Origin: a virus
Length of the DNA stretch: 64,000 nt
Strand: one strand, 5' to 3'
IMG/VR virus record: IMGVR_UViG_3300025276_000023
Span: 65,103-129,102 of that record
The notes under the pieces: model-generated
Seen by the model: the letters and a program-made list of their open reading frames with translations, nothing else
Databases searched by the model: none
Told to the model about the DNA's origin: nothing
Translations under genes and position numbers: made by a program
Shown: in pieces, positions 37,897-46,588 of the stretch
How the letters are laid out: each line of letters starts with the position of its first letter
Position numbering within the stretch: position 1 is the first letter of the stretch

Positions 37897-38154
37897 ATGT
37901 TCTATATGACTTTTATTTCTTTACTACCAACTTTCTCAATTGCCATCTTTGGAATGATTTACATTCTAGTGGCGTTTAAACTATTTCTATCTTTTAGCTC
38001 CACTTATGAGAATGAGTTTGGAGTAAGTAATTTACCTATAGGACAGTCTTTAGTTTTAAGCAGCCTGTGGTTTCCTCTAACCGTATTAGTAGTAGCAGCA
38101 ATAGTGTTAGTAATAATAGGTGCTAAAGTGGCTTACGTTAAGTATGGGACATAA
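37897..38154 (+). CDS. Small two-TM membrane protein
   Basis: Two hydrophobic helices; GAGG RBS. Confidence 0.7.
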   Translation: MFYMTFISLLPTFSIAIFGMIYILVAFKLFLSFSSTYENEFGVSNLPIGQSLVLSSLWFPLTVLVVAAIVLVIIGAKVAYVKYGT

Positions 38155-38200
38155 ATAACAAGAGAGGACTTCGGTCCTCTCTCTATGTTTGTTTTTTGTT
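38150..38200 (+). terminator. Hairpin flanked by CATA/TATG
   Basis: AGAGAGGAC-TTCG-GTCCTCTCT then CTATG and T-tract. Confidence 0.8.
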
Positions 38201-38201
38201 T

Positions 38202-38257
38202 AAATGCAATTAATTTGAGATCTATATAGTAAAAGGGAGATAGATATCATAAACAAT
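38202..38257 (+). promoter_or_regulatory. Putative early promoter plus leader (copy B)
   Basis: TTTGAGATCTATATAGTAAAAGGGAGATA; 43/56 ungapped identity to 13560-13615. Confidence 0.75.
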
Positions 38258-38273
38258 ATATTAAGGAATTACA

Positions 38274-38402
38274 ATGAACGAATTAAAGATTAGAATAGGT
38301 GTAGTAGTTGGTACAACAGCCGCAGTTTTCATAGGCTTTACTGTAGTGGATAAAATCGTAGCTCGTAAGAAAGCTAAACTAACTAAACAGGAGAATAAAT
38401 AA
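38274..38402 (+). CDS. 42-aa single-TM microprotein, missing from the ORF track
   Basis: AAGGA RBS; MNELKIRIGVVVGTTAAVFIGFTVVDKIVARKKAKLTKQENK*; TAATG coupling to the next gene. Confidence 0.75.
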   Translation: MNELKIRIGVVVGTTAAVFIGFTVVDKIVARKKAKLTKQENK

Positions 38403-38605
38403 TGTCATATTTTAAAACAGGCGTAGCACTCGGCGCAGTACTAGGAACAGCACTTACAGGTCTTTACTATAAAGCAAGTGTATCAGACATGCATGTTGAA
38501 ATAGCTATCGATAAACGTAGAAAGGAATACAAGAAAGCATTTGAACAACGTCAAGCAGCAGCGGCTAAAAAGAGAGAACAGTGGGAACGTGACTTGAATA
38601 TATAG
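38402..38605 (+). CDS. 67-aa N-anchored membrane protein
   Basis: GVALGAVLGTALTGLYY glycine-zipper helix and basic coiled tail; AGGAG RBS. Confidence 0.75.
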   Translation: MSYFKTGVALGAVLGTALTGLYYKASVSDMHVEIAIDKRRKEYKKAFEQRQAAAAKKREQWERDLNI

Positions 38606-38618
38606 TAGGATATTTGTA

Positions 38619-38660
38619 AGGGAGCGAGAGCTCCCTGCCCTCTTATCTTTTTTTGTTTTC
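38619..38660 (+). terminator. Terminator-like hairpin
   Basis: AGGGAGC-GAGA-GCTCCCT with T-tract downstream. Confidence 0.65.
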
Positions 38661-38669
38661 AAATAGTTT

Positions 38670-38696
38670 TTAAAACTATATCATACTAGTGAGTTA
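38670..38696 (+). promoter_or_regulatory. Putative early promoter TATAT-N9-GA
   Basis: TATATCATACTAGTGAG, one mismatch from 40981 TATATCATCCTAGTGAG. Confidence 0.65.
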
Positions 38697-38801
38697 TCTA
38701 ATATAAACTCCTGTACTTAAACGTAAGGGACTTTATCAATGAAGATAATGAATCGTATTGATATATTATAGAACGTCTTAAAATTGATTATGGAGATTAT
38801 A

Positions 38802-39161
38802 ATGGGTTTAGGGTATGTATTGTTTATTTGTGTTTCTTTATACCTGCTACATGTAGATAAGAAGCACAAGAATAAATTTAAGTTTAAACACATTCATTAC
38901 TTAGTAGAGACAGCTGCTGATACCGGTGAACTAATCACCATTACACTCTTAAGTAAAACAGTAGATGCTGTTCGTGAAAAGGAATGTGTAAGTATGATGC
39001 AGCGTACTATGACCACCTCTACCAATAACTTTGCTATCATTAGCAGAGCCTTGCCTGACGATAATAAAGGTATACATAAGTGGTATACCTATAACAAATC
39101 AGTTACCGATGAGTTACTATTAGGGTATTCATTACAGTGTTCTAAAATTGATGTGGTATAA
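38802..39161 (+). CDS. N-anchored membrane protein
   Basis: ATG after GGAG (track start 38784); GLGYVLFICVSLYLL helix followed by a Lys-rich stretch. Confidence 0.65.
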   Translation: MGLGYVLFICVSLYLLHVDKKHKNKFKFKHIHYLVETAADTGELITITLLSKTVDAVREKECVSMMQRTMTTSTNNFAIISRALPDDNKGIHKWYTYNKSVTDELLLGYSLQCSKIDVV

Positions 39162-39282
39162 TTTTACGTCAGGTCATTATAGTTTGAGGAATTTATTTCT
39201 CCCCATTGTTTGTCAAAACAATGGTAGAGGGAGGAGCGAAGCGACAACAACAGAACTAAGTTAGATACTAGGAACTTAATGA

Positions 39283-39741
39283 ATGATAAAAGATGATAGT
39301 ATACGAGAAGTAACAGGTTGTATCTATGACAGTAAAGGGAGGAAGATAGAATACACAATTAAAGATATCGATCCATACTACACGACTGAGTTATATTCAA
39401 TCAAGCTACCTAACGACCCTATAGTCTGTACTAATGGGTTCTATCAAGTAGATGGGTATGAATACATCATCATCGGTGCTAACAATGAACTAGCTAAACG
39501 TTTTATGGAACAACATACTTTATTCAATGGTGTTACTGACTATGAAGATGGGTTAGCATTTACACTCAACTTTGAAGATAGAACACAAATACGTTATACA
39601 GTTATTGATATCGGTAAACGGTTCGATAAACAAATTATCTCTAAACTTTATGTAGGTAATATATCTAATAAAGTTAAGGGATTCAGACAGATAATCATAG
39701 AAGGTTATCTCCACTATGTTAAGGAATTATTCGATGAATGA
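39283..39741 (+). CDS. Hypothetical protein
   Basis: 152-aa ORF, AGGA RBS. Confidence 0.68.
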   Translation: MIKDDSIREVTGCIYDSKGRKIEYTIKDIDPYYTTELYSIKLPNDPIVCTNGFYQVDGYEYIIIGANNELAKRFMEQHTLFNGVTDYEDGLAFTLNFEDRTQIRYTVIDIGKRFDKQIISKLYVGNISNKVKGFRQIIIEGYLHYVKELFDE

Positions 39742-40237
39742 ATTACCTAAAGAAGCTCTATCAAATAAAGAAATGATAGCTAAGTATATCGTTGCTTTAG
39801 TCAATGGTCCGTTAAGTCAAATCAAACAAGACTTGAAGGATGGGGGTTGCACTATCCATATTGGATTTAATGAAGACTTTGAACGTGAGCAAGTAGCTGG
39901 GTTTGCTGATAAAGACGTTCTGCTGAATGCACATAAGCAATTGAACTTCACTATATTAGTTACAGGTTTAGAAGCGGGTGGTCGTGATTTCTCTGCTAAG
40001 ACTAACGTACCTACTTTATCTAGCGATATTAGAAGCACTGAATTAATTATTCATTTAAGCCATGGTGATTTAAGAGGATTCGTTCCAGAAGTTAAGATTG
40101 AAGAAAGCGATGGATTTAAAGTAGAGATCTCTAGTCTATTTTATTATACGGTAGATCGTTTCCTAACCAATCTATCCAATGGTGTTGTTCTAAAGCAATG
40201 CAGCGGCGCTGAAGGACGTAATCGTTACCATGTCTAA
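39734..40237 (+). CDS. Hypothetical protein
   Basis: In-frame ATG after AAGGA, overlapping the end of the upstream gene. Confidence 0.68.
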   Translation: MNELPKEALSNKEMIAKYIVALVNGPLSQIKQDLKDGGCTIHIGFNEDFEREQVAGFADKDVLLNAHKQLNFTILVTGLEAGGRDFSAKTNVPTLSSDIRSTELIIHLSHGDLRGFVPEVKIEESDGFKVEISSLFYYTVDRFLTNLSNGVVLKQCSGAEGRNRYHV

Positions 40238-40670
40238 AGATACGCGCCATATATGTGATGTGCTTCGAGAAGAGTTCTTAGAGCCAAATAACCTTAGCCG
40301 TATAAAAGCAGTTAAAGCAATGCAGATGTCAAATACGGTTTACTCGCATACAGCTAAAGGGAAACAAATGCCAAGCATAACGTTCTTCTCTAAGCTAGCT
40401 CATTATACAAATACAGATGTAGAGTTTTGGATAGAGCAACATGCAAGATGGTGTGTAGAGCGTGCTAAGGATCTTTTAGCTGAACTTAAACCTCGCCCTT
40501 GCTTTGAAGATAAAGTCTTGACCTGTGAAGAACCAGAACCCTATACAGATAAAGACTTAATCATGTTCGACCTCAATGCATTAGTACGTGATAATAAGAA
40601 AGTAGCCTATAATAAGAAAGCAGAAGGTAAGTTCTCTGCTTTTCCAGCTCCACCAACAATGTTAAAATAA
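40230..40670 (+). CDS. HigA-like XRE-family HTH protein
   Basis: HICDVLREEFLEP..LS....KAM...KGK...KLAHYTNTDVEFWI matches the HigA pattern HPGEILREEFLEP...FWLNLQ. Confidence 0.75.
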   Translation: MSKDTRHICDVLREEFLEPNNLSRIKAVKAMQMSNTVYSHTAKGKQMPSITFFSKLAHYTNTDVEFWIEQHARWCVERAKDLLAELKPRPCFEDKVLTCEEPEPYTDKDLIMFDLNALVRDNKKVAYNKKAEGKFSAFPAPPTMLK

Positions 40671-40682
40671 AAGGATATTCCA

Positions 40683-40904
40683 ATGTCAGGTTTTATAAAG
40701 TTCTCAATCTATTCGTCAGTTCTATTTATAATGATGGTACTACTTCTATTAGCGTTTAATAATAACGTAGAAGAAGCTAAGGTAGCATTTGTTATTATAT
40801 ACTTAACAGGTACACTTCGATACAATGCAAGTGAAGATGTTAATTACGGTTCAGAATGTTTTATCTGGTTCTTACTCAAACCACGTAAATACTTCACCGA
40901 ATGA
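40683..40904 (+). CDS. Small membrane protein
   Basis: Hydrophobic helices; AAGGA RBS. Confidence 0.62.
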   Translation: MSGFIKFSIYSSVLFIMMVLLLLAFNNNVEEAKVAFVIIYLTGTLRYNASEDVNYGSECFIWFLLKPRKYFTE

Positions 40905-40974
40905 AAACGCGGTATTATTTTACACACATCGCTAATGATTTGACGAACAGCTAATACCTGATTCGAAAACAAAC

Positions 40975-41000
40975 CAAGTATATATCATCCTAGTGAGATT
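40975..41000 (+). promoter_or_regulatory. Putative early promoter TATAT-N9-GA
   Basis: TATAT(40981)CATCCTAGT-GAGATT. Confidence 0.65.
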
Positions 41001-41043
41001 TCAATAAAGAAGTCCGCTACATTAAACCAATAAAGGAAATACC

Positions 41044-41496
41044 ATGTCTTTAAAAACTAATACTACAGATCTTTCAGCAATCATCAAAACTAAACTTGCG
41101 CTAGTAGACGGCGAGATTAACGATACTGTAGCATACGAAGATTCATTACCAGAAGGTCTTGATCTAGATACAGTTAAATCAGTTCGTTCACATGACAAAG
41201 CATACGTGCCAGCATTTACTCACGCTGCACAAGCTGTTGTTTTCGACGCAATGAAAGCTGACTCTGAAGTAACTTCTGTTAAAGCAACTACTGATCTACA
41301 TGGCGGCGATAGCTTCTCAGCAACTATCAATCGTTCACGTAGCTTCCCAGTACCTGGTGAGAAAGACAAATCAACTGTAACAGTTTACGGCGCTACTTCT
41401 GTATCGTACGCAAGTGCTGCTGGCAAAAACGCTGGTGAGCTTAAGAAAGTATTATCTGCTGGTAAAGAACAGTTCGCTGCACTAGCTGAAAAGTAA
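41044..41496 (+). CDS. Hypothetical protein, probably highly expressed
   Basis: Own promoter and terminator; strong use of CGT, GGT/GGC, TTC, TAC, AAC codons. Confidence 0.8.
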   Translation: MSLKTNTTDLSAIIKTKLALVDGEINDTVAYEDSLPEGLDLDTVKSVRSHDKAYVPAFTHAAQAVVFDAMKADSEVTSVKATTDLHGGDSFSATINRSRSFPVPGEKDKSTVTVYGATSVSYASAAGKNAGELKKVLSAGKEQFAALAEK

Positions 41497-41519
41497 CAAT
41501 TAAGAAACAATAGACAATG

Positions 41520-41558
41520 CTATGCAGGTGGAAACACCTGCATAGTTTTTATTTTTTC
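41520..41558 (+). terminator. Intrinsic terminator
   Basis: CTATGCAGGTG-GAAA-CACCTGCATAG plus T-tract. Confidence 0.85.
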
Positions 41559-41575
41559 TCTATAAGGATCTACAC

Positions 41576-41959
41576 ATGACTACCCAACAACGATTACATT
41601 CGCTTTCAGATGCACTTACACTAGTTGTAAACCCAGGCAGTAAAACAGTAGAGGAACTGTTACATTCACTAACTCCTCAAGAACTTAAAGATTTCGACGA
41701 AGTATTAGACGATAATCTAACAGAGTTATTTTCATTGATAGTAACGGATAACGGTTCAATCATTCCAAATGCTGCTAAAAACTTAAAGGGTGATAACACA
41801 CCTGTGGTGCGCACTAAAGCTACTGACTCAATCGCTATTGTGGTAGAAGGTATTAGCATCTTTATTAAACAAGGCGAGTACCAAATGTCTCAAGCTGACA
41901 TTCCGGTTAAGCCAACTTCTTTCTTCTCTCGTATAGCCAACTGGTTTAAAAATCTATAA
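41576..41959 (+). CDS. Hypothetical protein
   Basis: 127 aa; C-terminal amphipathic FFSRIANWFKNL. Confidence 0.7.
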   Translation: MTTQQRLHSLSDALTLVVNPGSKTVEELLHSLTPQELKDFDEVLDDNLTELFSLIVTDNGSIIPNAAKNLKGDNTPVVRTKATDSIAIVVEGISIFIKQGEYQMSQADIPVKPTSFFSRIANWFKNL

Positions 41960-41969
41960 GGATTCACAA

Positions 41970-42575
41970 ATGTCCAAGTCTCCAAAGTCAAACGATCGCA
42001 ACCTTCGTAACTTATCTAGCGAAGAAAGCGAAATCGTAAAATCAAATATCAACTGGAGTTACTTCAACCGATTGTTCTGCTCTTCTTTTATACGTCAGTT
42101 ACGTAAAGGTAATTTAGATGTACGCGGTACTACTTCGTACGCAACAATAATTAAAGAAACATCGCCTCGTCAACCTTATTTACAAACGTATATCAATGCA
42201 GCGGTACTAGGTCAATCATTACACAGAACATTTACTCAAAGTTCACTAAAAGTAATCGATACCTACTACACAGCCATATACAAAGCACTTGCACCGTTCA
42301 TTAAAGAACATGGTACTACACCAGCAGCTTTCAATGCAGCCTTTGATGCGATTGAAACATTTGATGATGTAACACGTGATTACGTTGAAACAGTTCGTCA
42401 ACGTAAAGATAACACCGCTACAATGGCAACTCTATTAGCAGGTTCAAAAGACCGTATAGTTTTAGTTGCACATCTGCTAGCTTTCAAATCGATTGTTCTA
42501 ACAGAAGGTTACTTCTACGAAGATCAAACGGTAGAGCTAGAAATTGAAGAAGCAGATCCAGTAGTGGCTGAATAA
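41970..42575 (+). CDS. Hypothetical protein
   Basis: 201-aa ORF, AAGGA RBS. Confidence 0.72.
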   Translation: MSKSPKSNDRNLRNLSSEESEIVKSNINWSYFNRLFCSSFIRQLRKGNLDVRGTTSYATIIKETSPRQPYLQTYINAAVLGQSLHRTFTQSSLKVIDTYYTAIYKALAPFIKEHGTTPAAFNAAFDAIETFDDVTRDYVETVRQRKDNTATMATLLAGSKDRIVLVAHLLAFKSIVLTEGYFYEDQTVELEIEEADPVVAE

Positions 42576-42579
42576 ATTG

Positions 42580-42632
42580 CATAGATAGAGAGGAGCATTG
42601 AGCTCCTCTCTATTGTGTTTTCTTTTTTTTTT
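42580..42632. terminator. Bidirectional terminator
   Basis: CATA, then ATAGAGAGGAGC-loop-GCTCCTCTCTAT and T-tract, between convergent genes. Confidence 0.8.
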
Positions 42633-42634
42633 GC

Positions 42635-43501
42635 TTAAGAAGTAACTTGCTCTGTAGAGATTAAGTTTAATGCTTCTTTGTAACCTGTTTGAGTGATAGC
42701 TTTGATGTTTGCATCAACGTCACCAATAAACAATTCACGGCTAGATGGATTAGCACCAACTAGGTTTAACTCGTCAAGTAATTTCTGAGCTAATTTATTT
42801 ACGCTATAACCAACGATTGTCGTAGCAGTAAATGGAATCTGGTATTCAAGCACTTGCTGACCAGTGAAGATATTACGCTCACCTTCAACCAAACCACCTG
42901 TCATAGGTTGTTGATTAAAACAAAGGAATGCGTGTACTACTTCACGGTGAGTAGGATCTGGTTCGATATGAAGCGTTACCATTGATGTATTAGCAGATAC
43001 TAAACGATACTGTTCAACACCCGGTAATGTAGATACTAATGGAATACCTGTATCTGGATCTTGGATACCGTAACGAATCCAGAATTCGAAGAACTTATTA
43101 ACCGGCTTAAACATTCTTTCAACGAATGTATAGTTAGGTTCAGTACGCTCACGCTTAGACATTGACACGTCTTGCCAGAACTCACCAGAACGGTTAGCTT
43201 CAACCTGTGCATATTCAACATTGATTGTAGAACGGAAGCCAGTGGCTTGTTTACAGTTAAGTTCAATAAGGTCTTTTAATGTACCGTGAAAGATTTCTGG
43301 ATTTTCTAATAAATCAAAGAAACCTGGAGATGATAAAAGAAGGTTGATCAAAGGCTGTTTAATGTAAGAAGCCCAGTTCAAACGTTTTTTGAAGTCAGGT
43401 GTAAAACCGTAAGGACCGCCGTTTAATTGTAGACCTGGTGTATTACCGTTAACTTCATAACCAGTACCAGCCTGGTTAAATAGAGCTGAGATGTTTTCCA
43501 T
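42635..43501 (-). CDS. Tail tube protein (phiKZ gp30-like)
   Basis: Directly downstream of the sheath; WIRYGIQDPDT and HIEPDPT motifs. Confidence 0.8.
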   Translation of the reverse strand: MENISALFNQAGTGYEVNGNTPGLQLNGGPYGFTPDFKKRLNWASYIKQPLINLLLSSPGFFDLLENPEIFHGTLKDLIELNCKQATGFRSTINVEYAQVEANRSGEFWQDVSMSKRERTEPNYTFVERMFKPVNKFFEFWIRYGIQDPDTGIPLVSTLPGVEQYRLVSANTSMVTLHIEPDPTHREVVHAFLCFNQQPMTGGLVEGERNIFTGQQVLEYQIPFTATTIVGYSVNKLAQKLLDELNLVGANPSSRELFIGDVDANIKAITQTGYKEALNLISTEQVTS

Positions 43502-43521
43502 CTGTTTCTCCCAATTGGGTT

Positions 43522-43545
43522 ACTAGGGGATTTCACTCCCCTAGG
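43522..43545 (-). terminator. Hairpin between sheath and tube genes
   Basis: CTAGGGGA-TTTCAC-TCCCCTAG. Confidence 0.55.
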
Positions 43546-43551
43546 TTAAAT

Positions 43552-45579
43552 TTAAATACTTGCTTTTAATAAGTCGTCGTAGCTGTGAGTAACAACAGAA
43601 ACCTGGTTAGCAATACGTTGATGTGGAGAACCGATATGGATCTTAGTATTCCAAGTAGACGCAGAGTTTTCAAAATACGTCTCAGGACGAATTAAGATGT
43701 TACGGCCAAACTTGTTAAGACATAGTTCAGAGATACGTACGTTAGAACGCTCAATGAATTGTTCTTCAGTTAAGGTATCGTTACCAACTAACTCAACCCA
43801 CACGCGGAATGCAATACGTTTCACTACACCAGTGATGGTCATGATACGTTCGCTATTAAGCGTTGATTCAGAGCTATCGTAGATAGTCTGCCATGCAGGT
43901 ACAAAGTTATCTTTAAGACCAGCTGAATGGATGTTAGTTAAACCAACAGACCATTGTTGATTGCGCACTGCATCTTCTGTCCAAACATCTGAGATGTCAG
44001 ATAGACGAAGGTACTTGATCTTGTTCAACGGACTAACAGTGTAGTTCATGTTGTCTTTACGAAGACCGTCTTCTGAACCCATGTATTTAGCACGGTTCAT
44101 CATTAACTCATAGTTAGCAGGAACAGGTGCTGTCCAAGTACTATTAGCAATACGAGCTGACTGACCCATGATAGTAACACGACATGTCGCAGTGCCATAT
44201 ACAGTACTTTCAGGCACTAAACGGTAACGAGCACGTAACGCCATTGCTAAAGAGATTTCTTCACTAACAGATGGTTTAGAGATTGAAGAAATAAACGGAG
44301 TAGCAGAGATGTCCATGTCACTACGACCAGCTAAGATTTCAGCCATCGCATATTTAACATCTAGACCGAAACCAGTATCGTAGAAACACGACATTGGGAA
44401 ACGAGCCATATCTTTGTACTTATCAGTCAAGCTACCAAAGTTACGTAGTTCATTTGCTATCTGTGCTTCAACAGCTTCGATAGAAAGATCACCATCATCA
44501 CCACCAACTAAGTAGTGAGTATTGATTTCAGTAAACTCAGGGTAGTTGTTTAAACTATCCGCTAAAGCAATCGCACGGTAAGGAATACCGTTATGATCGT
44601 TTGCAGTGAATAAGTTCATCAAGTACATGTCTTCATCTTCATTAGATACGCGAGAGTTAACGTTAGACTCAACACTTTGCATTAATGCTAATAGCTCATC
44701 GACGTTATCTTGGTATAAGAACATGTCACCGAATGGACCATCTACGTCATTGTCTTCAGATACATATTGACTTTCATAGATGTCAGGTAAATAAAGATCT
44801 TGTTCGTATATTGGATGGTACGCATCTGGTTTTAAACAGAAGTCGATTGAACGAGAACCATAAAAAGTATTCCAAACGTTCGCAGCGTATTTAGGATTTT
44901 CTTTTAATACGATTTCAAGACGGTGGAAATAAGCTTTTTGATCAAGCATTGAATCTTCATCAACTGGGCTAATACTGTTCGTTTTAGGAGAAGAGAAACG
45001 TAGACCGATGCCGTCACCTAAAGAGCCAGCCCATTTAGCTGGAATGTCTAGGATCTTATAGATCTGAGACGTAGCACCTTCTTTAGTCTGAATGCCTGGA
45101 ACTTTAGTACCATCGCCCATTGAATCAAAATCAAGATTCGTAAGTACTGGGATGATTGAAAGACCTGGAACAGCTTCGCCAGTTGGAACTTTATCACCTT
45201 GGTCAGTAATGAAGTGACCTTCATCATCAACTTCGTATAAAGGAATTTCAGTTTGTAAAACGTCATATGCAATTGTCATACCAGCAATGGCAGAACCAGG
45301 CATGTCTAAACGTTTGAAGAAAATTGGATTTGGCGCACCTAAACAACCCTTGATAAAAGGAGTTGTGTGAGTAGCGTATTTACCACGATAATCTAATGTA
45401 TTTTCATGATAACGACGAGTAAATAAAACACCATCATTATAAGTTGCTTTATTTGTTCCCCATGCAGCAGGACCCATGAACCATGGTAAATGCTGTGGTG
45501 TATTCTCAGCTTCCGGCACTTGCGTGGCGATAGACTGATCCTGAATACCCAAGAAGGTAATTTTAGGATGTACTTTCAT
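43552..45579 (-). CDS. Tail sheath protein (phiKZ gp29-like)
   Basis: 675 aa; GIQDQS, PQHLP, YATHTT, GGDDG, YDTGF, PESTVYGTATCR motifs. Confidence 0.88.
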   Translation of the reverse strand: MKVHPKITFLGIQDQSIATQVPEAENTPQHLPWFMGPAAWGTNKATYNDGVLFTRRYHENTLDYRGKYATHTTPFIKGCLGAPNPIFFKRLDMPGSAIAGMTIAYDVLQTEIPLYEVDDEGHFITDQGDKVPTGEAVPGLSIIPVLTNLDFDSMGDGTKVPGIQTKEGATSQIYKILDIPAKWAGSLGDGIGLRFSSPKTNSISPVDEDSMLDQKAYFHRLEIVLKENPKYAANVWNTFYGSRSIDFCLKPDAYHPIYEQDLYLPDIYESQYVSEDNDVDGPFGDMFLYQDNVDELLALMQSVESNVNSRVSNEDEDMYLMNLFTANDHNGIPYRAIALADSLNNYPEFTEINTHYLVGGDDGDLSIEAVEAQIANELRNFGSLTDKYKDMARFPMSCFYDTGFGLDVKYAMAEILAGRSDMDISATPFISSISKPSVSEEISLAMALRARYRLVPESTVYGTATCRVTIMGQSARIANSTWTAPVPANYELMMNRAKYMGSEDGLRKDNMNYTVSPLNKIKYLRLSDISDVWTEDAVRNQQWSVGLTNIHSAGLKDNFVPAWQTIYDSSESTLNSERIMTITGVVKRIAFRVWVELVGNDTLTEEQFIERSNVRISELCLNKFGRNILIRPETYFENSASTWNTKIHIGSPHQRIANQVSVVTHSYDDLLKASI

Positions 45580-45610
45580 TGCTTACTCCTTTGACGTTTT
45601 ATAGTCGGGT

Positions 45611-45630
45611 TTATGTTATGATATCATATA
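45611..45630. promoter_or_regulatory. Putative overlapping divergent late promoters
   Basis: TTATGTTATGATATCATA: TATG on both strands in the gap between divergent structural operons. Confidence 0.35.
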
Positions 45631-45655
45631 ATCAAATAAGCTAAGGATTACTACA

Positions 45656-46579
45656 ATGAAAACCCCTTCAGAAACAACAGCTGGTGTCATCTCTAGCAAG
45701 AGATTTAAAGACCTAGATTTTAAACTTAAACGTGCATTACTTGAGGGTGCGTTACCTAACCTAGTAAAGGGCATTAAGTTATTCGGTTTGGTCGACAATA
45801 AAGATATACGTATTGAAGACATTCCACCTTTTCTTGATCCAGTCAAAGTAGATGATTCTTGGATAATCGATCTAAGATCACTTAAAAGTAAGGTACTTTA
45901 TCAGGGTAGTAATATTTCATTACCTGATGATGGTTCTATAGGATTACTGAAAAGAACAGCATTCGCATGTATGCATTGGGAATCAGATGCTAGTACTTAC
46001 GATAGCTTAGGTAACTTCGGTATTATTTGTTTTGGTTTTTGGATAGGCAATATCATTTCAAACAGTGAAGGTTTACAGATAACTGACCGTAACCGTTTAA
46101 TAGTTGCTGCTATGTTTTGGGCATGGACACAGAAGAATATCATTGGTAGAAAGCGTGATGATGAACTATCAGCCGATGAAGAAATGACAGCGGTTAGCGT
46201 TATCTCTGGCAACGTAGGCATTGAGCGTTCTGAGATTTTATCTATCGTTCGTTCATTAGGTCACATATCGGATATCTTTTCTTTTATATCTGCAATCAAG
46301 AAACTGAACATCAATCGTTTACGTAGCATCGATTCAGGTACATTAATTACACTGGTAGGTAACAGTTGGTTTGGCTTCATTGACAATAAGCATATGTTAG
46401 CTATCGCACTGGAGTACCCTCCGTACTTCTACTCAATCGTTTATGAAGCTCTTGAGAGTCCGCGTCTTTATAAGAAGACAAACATTGCAGGCGTTGTAGA
46501 GAACCAGCGTACAAACCATACGCTTCGTTCTTTTAAAGCTAACTTCAAAGACCTTATCAGTTCACTAGACGATAACTAA
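45656..46579 (+). CDS. Virion structural protein (phiKZ gp28-like)
   Basis: Divergent from the sheath; SWFG and IALEYPP motifs. Confidence 0.7.
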   Translation: MKTPSETTAGVISSKRFKDLDFKLKRALLEGALPNLVKGIKLFGLVDNKDIRIEDIPPFLDPVKVDDSWIIDLRSLKSKVLYQGSNISLPDDGSIGLLKRTAFACMHWESDASTYDSLGNFGIICFGFWIGNIISNSEGLQITDRNRLIVAAMFWAWTQKNIIGRKRDDELSADEEMTAVSVISGNVGIERSEILSIVRSLGHISDIFSFISAIKKLNINRLRSIDSGTLITLVGNSWFGFIDNKHMLAIALEYPPYFYSIVYEALESPRLYKKTNIAGVVENQRTNHTLRSFKANFKDLISSLDDN

Positions 46580-46588
46580 GGATTAAAC

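Noticed and set aside
38739-38801. 10-codon uORF in frame with the downstream gene, suggesting TAG readthrough
   Set aside because: In-frame position has a 1-in-3 chance, and the downstream gene has its own GGAG RBS at ATG 38802
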